Origin: Haliotis cracherodii
Taxonomy: Eukaryota
Direction: 5' to 3'
Assembly (NCBI RefSeq): GCF_022045235.1
Contig: NW_027266343.1
Span: 2,728,001 to 2,792,000, forward strand
DNA: 64,000 nt
This document shows positions 12,901 to 24,900 of the stretch, in pieces. A program made the position numbers and the translations under genes. Each line of letters begins with the position of its first letter. Within the stretch, counting starts at the first letter, position 1. The notes under the pieces were generated by a model. That model had not been told where the DNA came from. It saw only the letters and a program-made list of their open reading frames with translations, and ran no database searches.

Positions 12901-15900
12901 ATATGTAAAAAATGAGCAATGAGTGGAAGCTGTTTATACATGTAGTACAATGAGTGAGTGAGTGAGTTATGTTTAACGCCGCTTTTTACAATATTCCAGT
13001 TACAATCCGGCGTGTCAGCTTAATGTGGGAGGAAAGTCAGAAGTGATGCAGGTCTCAGACATTTACCACATCGGTGAAACCCACAAGCACGGGTATGGTG
13101 CTGACAAACCTAGAAACATAATCGGGGCGAACTGGGATTCGAACCCACAATCATAGGTTTCTTGCGTGCCCAAGGGATGCAACTCTGCACAGTGAATCGT
13201 GCACAGCCACCCGTGCCCCTATACAATAAAACACTGCAGGGAGCATGAACCACTCGTGGCTGCCTCCCTCATGGTTTATTTTCCCTGCAATGTTATATTG
13301 TACGATAAACGACAGCAAGTCATCTATTTCCTATATGAGGTATCAACACGATGTACAGCCATTTTAAGGATGTCAATAAATTGTACTAGCTTTAAAAACA
13401 TTTACCTGTTTTGAAATAAGAATGACTCCTATATGCAATCCAACCTCGGCAATGTGGGAAAACTCCATTTGATGTATAGGGGGGTAGGTTTGGTATTCTT
13501 ACAATTTTCACGCGATTATCTGCACCTTTTCTCCCAATACCAATTGTCATATCTCTCCCACTTCCGGGTGCGATCGTTCGGCCATTGCGTTTATCTGCGC
13601 TGTCCAGCTACATCTATGGGGAAGAACTCACTGGAAAGTCACCTCTCAAAAACAACTTCATCCAATTTACTACGTCATCAAGTTGTGAGCGCATGTTCGA
13701 ATCTCCAGAAATGATGTCATGATAGAGCAATGTTTTATCGTGAAATAAGCCACGTTTCATTCTTCATTCTTCATTGTGATTCAGCGCGTAGCTATCCCAT
13801 ATATGATTATTAGGGGTGACTATTGGTCTGGAAATCACTATTGCGATAACTATTGATATTGAAAGAAACTATTGCGATAACTATTGATATTGCAAGCAAC
13901 TATTGCGATAAATATCGATAGTTTTCAGTGTATTATGTTAGATGGATTTTAGAGTTAAATTAAACCTTGGAACTGAAGTTTCCTTTGAATGTGATAACCT
14001 TAACAACAAATAAGTAAAGTTTGAGATATAACTGATTTGTTTTTTCTTTACCCTAATAATTTAAGAAAAAGAAACTTCCACATTATCATGTGTAAATTAC
14101 TCTTACTCATGATCAAAAGAAAAACAAATTTGAACATCATTGCATGTATTTTATTGATATGGTAAATACAATCGAAACTATCGATATTCCTAACTGAAAT
14201 CGATACTATTGATCAGAAACTGATTTAACAATCGATTTATTGACTTTAAGTGCTTACCAATGGCAACAGATCGATATTTCGATTTATCGTGACACCCCTA
14301 ATGATTATACATTGAAGGTATTATACCCTGGATCATCAAGGATGGCTCTGGTCGGGGTACTATGGTTATTATCTCTGTTTCAAACACAGGCTGTGAGTCT
14401 GTACACTTCTTTTGTTATGACTTTGCCCCTCCGGTTCGACCCGATTATGTTTCTAGGTTTGTCAGCACCATACCCGTGCTCATGGGTTTCACCGAAGTGG
14501 TAAACGTCTGAGACCTGCATCACTTTGGGCTTTCCTCCCACATTAAGCTGACAATATAACTGGAATACTGTTAAAAGCGGCGTTAAACCCAACTCACTCA
14601 CTCACTATGACTTTGCCCTGATTCCAGAACCACACCATCCAGCCGAGGGTGGATCAAGAAAATCCGTTTTGCTCCTGGCCGGGAGAATTTCAAATTCTTC
14701 ACCCTCCACAACGATGGTATTGTGATCTGGGACATCAACAAGGAGGGGAAGGTAGGTGTAGGGGGACGAGCATGTGCAATACTGACTTAACAAGCCAGAG
14801 TGTCCATTTTTATCCCCCACCACAATGTGGAATGAGAATATAGGAATGGGTGCTGTCCGTCCGTCACGTGTCGTTTCTGGAGCAGAACTAAAAAAACATG
14901 AGATGAGATAACCAAACTTGGCACATAGATAGTTTGACATTTTTTAAAAATGTATTTTTCAAGTTTCCATTGCAACGACTTTGACTTAGACAGAAAATGG
15001 GTTAAGTGCTCCTTTCCGAAGCAGATCTTCAAAACTGTACAATATTTCTTCACTAAACTTTGCACATAGATAGGTCTAGTGGTAAACTGGGGCCTTTTGA
15101 TGGTTTGGGATTTTTATCAAATTTATTTTTCGAGTTTCCATAGCAACAACTTTGACTTAGTTCAAAGGGGCTAATGCCTTGCACACAACCGGACATGTCA
15201 TATTGGCGGGGGATATGAGTATTTCATGCTTGTTGTTTGTCCTGTGAGGCTTGAATTCTGATAATGATTATGATACACAACAATCATGCCAATATAGTGG
15301 TAATGTCTTCATAATCCATCCTTCCGCATGTCTGTAGTCAGGACTTTGTTCTGTTTTGGAAATGTAATAAGAAGCTTATGGTGTCAACATAATTTCAACC
15401 AAGAATCAATAGGACACCTAAGCAGATTTGTTTTCATTTGAGTTGTCTCCCTTTGACCTTCATGGGATACCACTAAAAACTGTCTTGTTTCAGTCTGAGA
15501 TCATGCATTCAATCAAGAGTCCCAAAGAGATAGCTAAAGTTGTGGATGCGGAGTGGGCGGGGTCGGACAGGCCGGTGGTGGTGACCGCCAGTGGGTGTGT
15601 CCACATCTTTGACATCACCATGAAGAAAGCCACCTCCAGTATAGACCAGTGGGACCTGACAGGTACAGTCCACCTAGTGACTGGTCATTTATAAGTGGGG
15701 AGAAAGACAAACAATCATATTTTGCTGACACCCCCTCCCACACTTTGTGTAACACTTTTTTCATTCCCCCCCTCCTCAAATACATATAAGGGTGGTCGGG
15801 TAGTCTTGTGTCACTGTTCATGAATCCAGGATAGTGTTGTCGACTGTCTTGCAACAGGCCTGTCACTGTTCATGAATCCAGAATAGTGTTGTTGACTGTC

Positions 15901-18900
15901 TTGCAACAGGCCTGTCACTGTTCATGAATCCAGAATAGTGTTGTCGACTGTCTTGCAACAGGCCTGTCACTGTTCATGAATCCAGAATAGTGTTGTCGAC
16001 TGTCTTGCAACAGGCCTGTCACTGTTCATGAATCCAGGATAGTGTTGTCGACTGTCTTGCAACAGGCCTGTCACTGTTCATGAATCCAGGATAGTGTTGT
16101 CGACTGTCTTGCAACAGGCCTGTCACTGTTCATGAATCCAGGATAGTGTTGTCGACTGTCTTGCAGCAGGCCTGTCACTGTTCATGAATCCAGAATAGTG
16201 TTGTCAACTGTCTTGCAACAGGCCTGTCACTGTTCATGAATCCAGAATAGTGTTGTCGACTGTCTTGCAACAGGCCTGTCACTGTTCATGAATCCAGGAT
16301 AGTGTTGTCGACTGTCTTGCAACAGGCCTGTCACTGTTCATGAATCCAGAATAGTGTTGTCGACTGTCTTGCAACAGGCCTGTCTCTGTTCATGAATCCA
16401 GGATAGTGTTGTCGACTGTCTTGCAACAGGCCTGTCACTGTTCATGAATCCAGGATAGTGTTTTAGACTGTCTTGCAACAGGCCTGTCACTATTCATGAA
16501 TCCAGGATAGTGTTGTCGACTGTCTTGCAACAGGCCTGTCACTGTTCATGAATCCAGGATAGTGTTGTCAACTGTCTTGCAACAGGCCTGTCACTGTTAA
16601 TGAATCCAGAATAGTGTTGTCGACTGTCTTGCAACAGGCCTGTCACTGTTCATGAATCCAGAATGGAGTTGGAAGCTGGCAGGAATTAAGTGTTTTCTGA
16701 TAGGTGTCCTGTCCTCACTGGGCGAGTAGATAAGAACATATAATAGATTGTAAAAGGAAACAAGAAACTATCCCATCCTGAAACTTCTTGAACGCTCATA
16801 CTTGCATGTTTGTCAAGAATCAAAGGGGTAACTCTAATTCACACTTTCATTTCCAATCTGGCCACTACAATAGTGGGCATTGTACCAACACTTCAATTAT
16901 TTGCAGCCGCTGATAATCACTAGAAATAAACTTACAACAAAAAACTATTGCCTCAATGCTCTCTTTAACGAGTGTGTTACTGTGTGTGATGTAGAGCCAG
17001 TGTTCAGCCCCCACTTGTTGCCGCCGAAGTCGTCGCAGCTGATGAAGTGTCTGCTGCAGCACCAGCCTTGGACAGAGGAGTTCAATCTCAGTCTCGAGGG
17101 TATGAGGGAGGACGACTTGGACGTCCAGAGGATTGTCAATGCACAGATCCAGCTCATAGACGGGTGAGTAAACTGTCAGTTCCCTCATACAGCTCATAGA
17201 CGGGCGAGTAGACTGTCAGCTCCCTCATACAGCTCATAGACAGGTGAGAAGGCTGTGAACTCCCTCATACAGCTCATAGACAGGTGAGTAGACTGTCAGC
17301 TCCCTCATACAGCTCATAGACAGGTGAGTAGACTGTCACATCCCTCATACAGCTCATAGACAGGTGGGTAGACTGTCAGCTCCCTCATACAGCTCATAGA
17401 CAGGTGAGTAGACTGTCAGCTCCCTCATACAGCTCATAGACAGGCGAGTAGACTGTCAGATGTATCAACCACTGTTGTTTCTGATCCACACACTTTGTAC
17501 GGGCTGCCATGATATAGGTGTAACAGATAATGAGATTATAGGTGTAGATGCACTACTTACCGTGTAGGAATACAATCTTTGAGTAAACTGCCCTTGTATC
17601 CTAGAGTGATCCTTTTTATGTTTATCAAATGTTGATACAAGTTTATTCTGTTGGTTTAACACATAGATAACACTCTCCATGATATGATAAACATATGATG
17701 AGTGTTTCTGCTCTGCACGTCTGTACACTTGTTGTTTCAGTGATCTGTTGGCCTATCTGCCTTACTGCCAGTTCGGGACAGCCCAGCGATGCCTCCTCAC
17801 AGCAAGGTAACCTCCCTCCAATCAAATCTTTGAAATGTCACCTTCTGTTAAACTGTATTTCTCATAGGGTACAGGTGTCAATGAAATTATATTGATGCTG
17901 ATTGCTAGTTCATGTCATTCGTCCATTGTTTTCATTGCTTATGAAGCAGTCCATTGCAATGTGACATCATGACATGTTGCAACAATTCAAGATGATGCAA
18001 GCTGTTCTTCATCAGGGGTGTCACAATAAATCCAAATATCGATCTATTGCCATTGGTAAGCACTTAAAGTCAATAAATCAATTGTTAAAACAATATCCAA
18101 TCAATAGTTTTGATTTCAGTTAGCAGTATCAATAGTTTTGATTGTATTTACCATATCAATAAAATACATGCAATGCTGTTCAAATTTGTTTTTCTATTGA
18201 TCATGAGTGGTATTAATTTACACATGATAATGTGGAAGTTTCTTTTTCTTAAATTATTAGGGTAAAGAAAAAACAAACCTGTCATATCTCAAACTTTACT
18301 TATTTGTTGTTATGGTTATCACATTCAAAGGAAACTTCAGTTCCAAGGTTTAATTCAACTCTAAAATCCATCTAAAATGATACACTGAAAACTATCGATA
18401 TTTATCGCAATAGTTGCTTGCAATATCAATAGTTATAGCAATAGTTTCTTTCAATATCAATAGTTATCGCAATAGTGATATCTAGACCAATAGTCACCCC
18501 TATTGTTCATGATGTCACAACTGCCTCTGTGGTCAAGAACACAGAGCATGTGTCTGGAGAGTAGGTCAGTGGTTTGATCCTCAGACCTTATACCAAAAGA
18601 AGCTAAAAGATGACACTTGTTGTTTCCCTGCCTGGTGCTCAGCATTAAGGGGATAAAACAAGGACTGGTCGGCTCAGTCAGTACACTGTGAGACCTTGTA
18701 CAGTCAAGAGGAGCATCAGATGTGTAGTTGACTGTTCCTGCCTCCACTCTAGGAGTGTTTGTGTTGTGTTGACAGATTGTTTGGTGATGAATCTGAAATC
18801 CACTTCTGGACCGTGGCCCTCCACTATCTCCGGTCAACGAAGGCCCAGCCGGTCAGCAAGGTAATGTGGGCTGTAGGGCTGGGACCGGGAACTCGGGTAA

Positions 18901-21900
18901 ACGGGGCTGTAGGGCTGGGACTGGGAACTCGGGTAAACAGAGCTGTAGGGCTGGGACAGGGAACTCGGGTAAATGGGGCTGTAGGGCTGGGACAGGGAAC
19001 TCGGGTTAACGGAGCTGTAGGGCTGGGACAGGGAACTCGGGTAAACGGAGCTGTAGGGCTTGGACAGGGAACTCGGGTAAACGGAGCTGTAGGGCTGGGA
19101 CAGGGAACTCGGGTAAACGGGGCTGTAGGGCTGGGACAGGGAACTCGGGTAAACGGAGCTGTAGGGCTGGGACCGGGAACTCGGGTAAACAGGGCTGTAG
19201 GGCTGGGACAGGGAACTCGGGTAAACGGAGCTGTATGGCTGGGACAGGGAACTCGGGTAAACGGAGCTGTAGGGCTGGGACAGGGAACTCGGGTAAACGG
19301 AGCTGTAGGGCTGGGACAGGGAACTCGGGTAAACGGAGCTGTAGGGCTGGGACCGGGAACTCGGGTAAACGGGGCTGTAGGGCTGGGACAGGGAACTCGG
19401 GTAAACGGAGCTGTAGGGCTGGGACAGGGAACTCGGGTAAACGGAGCTGTAGGGCTGGGACCGGGAACTCGGGTAAACGGGGCTGTAGGGCTGGGACCGG
19501 GAACTCAGGCACACGGGTAGGGTGGATCCCGACTAGGACCCTCGGTCTCCACAACTGTAGTTTCTTGGAACAATAATGCTATTTATTTATGATTAGGGGT
19601 GAGTGAGAATGGTTTTACGCCTCTTTTAGCAATATTCCAGCAATATCCAGGCGGAGGATACCAGAAATTGTCTTCACACATTGTACCCATGTCGGGAATA
19701 GAACCCGGGTCTTCGACAAGTGAATGCTTTAACCACTAGGCTACCTGACCGCCCCTTATGATTTGGATGTGTAGAATGTAGTTGACCAGTGTAACTAGGA
19801 AAGCCTATCTACATGGCTGCGGTAAAACAGATCCCAATCGGACATTTTGTACCCAATCCTTGAGACCTACAGTGTGTACCTGTGTTGGGTCAGAATTTTC
19901 ATTATGTTAAACATATTCTGGTTGCCCTGTTGAGAAATTATGCCTCCTGTGCCAAGGATATACAGCACTTCTAAAGATTTACTACAGCTTTAGATCTTCT
20001 GGTATGTCAGTAATATTTTTTGCTCTTGCTTTTTACAGTCCCCAAGCCGTGTGACCTCGCAGGCAGACATGACAGATCTGTTTGTGCCACAGACCCCGGG
20101 GTACAAGGAGGCGAGCGACCTCGTGTTGCTGGAGAACCCTGAGGAGACAGAAAGACAGCGCATCCTCACCAACCTCTACCGCGACCAGCCGCTGGAGCGA
20201 TGCTACGACGCCATGGTCGACAACAGGAACTTTAAGGTGGGAACTCCACTTCCTGTGTTGGTGTTTGTTATGCTTGGTAATAAAGGGAATTCATGGTTGG
20301 CATCTGGCTGTGTAGCATATATGGAAGAATTTGCATAATCATACTGTTGCATAACGTCAGCTACATCTTGAAGGTGTAAACTCCCTCCCTATGCTGGTCG
20401 TAAGAGGCGACTAACTGGATAGGGTGGTCAGGCTTGGTGACTTGGTTGAAAGCATGTGAATCACTGGATTGTCTGGTCAAGACTTGATTATTTTACAACT
20501 GGAAAATTTCAGAGTGTGGCATTAAGGGCTCAGTACATTGACCGATCTGAACCATGTTTGGAAACAACAGCCAATATCCCCCAAGCTTACCCGGCTCTGC
20601 TTGCTTTATTCTGTGAGAGAAGTTTCTGCTCTAGTGGCCACACTGTGGCTGTAATCTTATGACGTGGCCAGAGTTTTGTTTGTAAACAAATGCACTTATT
20701 CTGAAATGAAAACATACAGGCCTAATGCAAGCCTTTCAAAGCGCTTTCATATTGTTTTGCATGATTATATAGATTTCCTTCCGTCCAAGGTACTTTAAGG
20801 ATGTTAATTTACGGTAATTTGAAGGTCATTTGCAACATTGGATTGACATACCTTCACCTGAACTATGGAATACCCCCTGATGATGTGGGATGTGCGAGGG
20901 GTACAGTGTCAGTGCCGGAGGGCCGTTGGACCTTTACCGTAGTTCCCCCAGCAATCACAAGAGGATGTTCTTCGATAACAGCTTTTATTCACTCTTTGTG
21001 TTGCTGGTCCAACACACTCTATTTGTCACTTAGTGACAAGACTTCGGACGCAAGGTGTCAGTCTCGGTCTACATTCTGGTGCATGAGATCAGTTTCTAGT
21101 TCGAAAGGTAGTGACATCCAAAGAGATCAGGCGCACACCAGACTGCCTGACTTGAGGTCTGCTCTTCGTTAAATACCCGTGTGTCTACATCACAACTTTT
21201 TGTTTTTGTTTGTTTGTTGTTTAACGCTGCACTCAGCAATATTCCAGCTATATGACGGCGGTCTGTAAATAATCGAGTCTTGACCAGACAATCCGGTGAT
21301 TAACATCATGAGCATCGATCCGCACAATTGGGATACGATGACATGCATCAACCAAGTGAGCGAGCCCGCTCCCGTAAGTCGCCTTTTACGACAAGCATAG
21401 TTGCCTTTTACGGGAAAGCATGGGTTGCTGAAGACCTATTCTACCCCTGAATCTTCACGCGTCTATGTCACAACTACCAACATCATGACTTACCATTGGT
21501 CGGTAACCTTTCCCCCTTGAAATAGACTATTCCACCCCTATAGTTCTTACCCCAATCCCTTATTTGGCCCTCTGTTGGGTGGATTCCGAGATTTCCAGGA
21601 ATTTGGACCTCACTTCTGAGGACCATCTATGTCTAATAAGTCGGAAGGTACCTGGCTAGAAATGTCCTATTTCTGACACTACTGATGCTATTTCCAAAAT
21701 CCCGTTGGTCAAAGTCTCACTCACACACTAACCTACTTTCATGTCCCTAAGCATTTCTCACTGAACACTAATGAAATTATCAAACCTTGATATAGTTCAT
21801 AATATTTGCCTCCTAATTACATGAATTATTAAAACAACTTCATACTAATTATCTAAACAAATATTATAATTTCATGCCTATGATACTACTGCAACTGCAT

Positions 21901-24900
21901 CAGTGAGGTGTAAGACAATATAGCTTTACACAGCAAAGTGACTGTATCGCTTCAATGACAGAATGTGAAGCATATCTACGCAAATGGAAATAGTTTTAAG
22001 ATATTTTTTAAGATATATTATGAAAATATCGTTTAACTACATGTGTAGACCCGTCAAAATGAAAGAAATGAAAAACATGTAAAGATTGTGTAAGATGTGA
22101 CGATGTGACGATGTGACAGAGTTATGAGGTTGGCCGCAAGGAACCCTGGGTAGTAGAGTGATTGGCTTCATACGACCGAGGCATATTTATATTGTAATCT
22201 AGACCTTGATAAACACTGGCTTCTAATATAATCAAGCTGGCAAGAATTATTTTGTAACTTGTCCATAGAAAAACACAAAAGCTTTCTCTTCAATTTGCCT
22301 TAAAATCATGACTTGAGGCAGCTTCCGTGGAACTACATCAAGACAGATACAATTTGTGTATTGCAGAAGTACCAGCTAGACCGTGTGTCCCTCCATGACA
22401 GCAAGCGGTCGACGTACGAGCACACTCAGAAGTGTGCCGAAAACTACATGCTGCTGGGCCAGACAGACCGGGCCGTGCAGCTGCTGCTGGAGACCGAGGC
22501 GGACAACGACAACTACTACGTCGACAGTCTCAGGTGGGTGAACAGCTACTACGTCGACAGTCTGAGGTGGGTGGTCAGTCTCGGGTGGACAGTGTCAGGT
22601 GGGTGGACAGTGTCAGGTGGGTGGACAGTGTCATGTGGGTGGACCAGGTGGGTGGACAGTGTTATGTGGGTGGACAGTGTCATGTGGGTGGACAGTGTCA
22701 TGTGGATGGACAGTGTCATGTGGGTGGACCAGGTGGGTGGACAGTGTCAGGTGGGTGGACAGTGTCATGTGGCTGGACAGTGTCAGGTGGGTGGACAGTG
22801 TCATGTGGGTGGACCAGGTGGGTGGACAGTGTCATGTGGGTGGACAGTGTCAGGTGGGTGGACAGTGTCAGGTGGGTGGACAGTGTCATGTGGCTGGACA
22901 GTGTCATGTGGCTGGACAGTGTCAGGTGGGTGGACAGTGTCATGTGGGTGGACCAGGTGGGTGGACAGTGTCATGTGGGTGGACAGTGTCAGGTGGGTGG
23001 ACAGTGTCAGGTGGGTGGACAGTGTCATGTGGCTGGACAGTGTCAGGTAGGTGGACCAGGTGGGTGGACAGTGTCAGGTAGGTGGACCAGGTGGGTGGAC
23101 AATGTCAGGTGGGTGGACAGTGTTAGGTGGGTGGACAGTGTCAGGTGGGTGGACAGTGTTAGGTGGGTGGACCAGGTGGGTGGACAGTGTTAGGTGGGTG
23201 GACAGTGTCAGGTGGGTGGACAGTGTCAGGTGGGTGGACAGTGTCAGGTAGGTGGACCAGGTGGGTGGACAGTGTCAGGTAGGTGGACAGTGTCAGGTGG
23301 GTGGACAGTGTCAGGTGGGTGGACAGTGTCAGGTGGGTGGACAGTGTCAGGTGGGTGGACCAGGTGGGTGGACAGTGTCAGGTGGGTGGACAGTGTCAGG
23401 TGGGTGGACAGTGTCAGGTGGGTGGACAGTGTCATGTGGCTGGACAGTGTCAGGTGGGTGGACAGTGTCAGGTGGGTGGACAGTGTCAGGTGGGTGGACA
23501 GTGTCAGGTAGGTGGACCAGGTGGGTGGACAGTGTCAGGTAGGTGGACCAGGTGGGTGGACAATGTCAGGTGGGTGGACAGTGTCAGGTGGGTGGACAGT
23601 GTTAGGTGGGTGGACCAGGTGGGTGGACAATGTCAGGTGGGTGGACAGTGTCAGGTGGGTGGACCAGGTGGGTGGACAAGGTAGGTGGACAGTGTTAGGT
23701 GGGTGGACAGTGTCAGGTAACAGGTGGCTGATATTGAGATACTGACCCCTTAGATAGTCTTAGTCAGGATAAGAAATCTTGGCCATCAAATTCGACAGTT
23801 TGTAAAAATTGACTAGGAAGTTATGGTGGAACAACATTGACAGTTCATTGACAGTGAGATGAAAGCAAGTCTGTAATAATCCTGATGTTATGTCTAACAG
23901 TCGACCTGTTGTTCTGCAGGGCCTGCCTTGTAGCCAGCATCAGGTCCTCAGGGGCCTCACAGAGCACCATCAAACTCGTGGCCACAAACCTCATCGCCAA
24001 TGGTAAACTGTCAGGTATGTATTGGGACATGTTGTGTAGGCTGCCGCAAATCCATGTATGGAGCCGCCTCCCTTAGGCGTGCCAGTAACCTACTTCCCAC
24101 CATAGATCCTACATGTAATATTAGTGATTATTATACGAGCATGTGTGTCATACTGATTTCATGAAACGAGTGTCAGAATTCTTGTGTTTCCCAACCAAGA
24201 ACAAGGGTAATAAATGAATTCTTACGCAATTCGAAAGGCCTCGAACAATGTCGTCCGGATGATGTAAATGATACACTGGTGAGGGAGTACTGTTTTACGC
24301 TGCATTTAGCTATATTCCAGCAATATCACGACAGGGGACACCAGAAATGGGCTTCACACATTGTACCCATGTGGGGAATTGAACCCAGGACTTCGGCGTG
24401 ACGAGCGAACACTAGGCCTCCCCACACAATACACTGGTGAAGTGAAGTGATATTTACACTGGCGCGCATAAGATTTTTATGAACGTGGTTATTTCTAACC
24501 TCAGTGGTAATACATATGAGGTAATGCATGTGACGTGTCTGTGCGTGACAGTCGGTGTTGTGTGTTGCAGAAGGGGTGCAGCTGCTTTGTCTGATCGACA
24601 AGGGGCTGGACGCATGTCGGTACCTGCAGACGTACGGCAACTGGGACAAGGCTGTCTGGCTGGCCAAGGTCAGGACTCCATGTGTATGTTGTGTGCCAGT
24701 TTATCAGCATGCGCAGGACAAGGGTCTGTCTGTCTGTCTGCAAGCATGCTGGATAAATTAGAACTTGTCCTATATCAATACATTGTTTATGGATAATGAC
24801 TTCTTTTATCCTTTCTAACAATGTTTGGGTAACAATTTCTTTTATCCTTTCTAACAATGTTTGGGTAACAACTTCTTTTATAATTTGTTACGAGGTTTGG

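Noticed and set aside
22432-23745. Gly/Trp/Cys-rich ORFs
   Set aside because: They are repeat translations; only 22367-22533 is WDR11 coding sequence.
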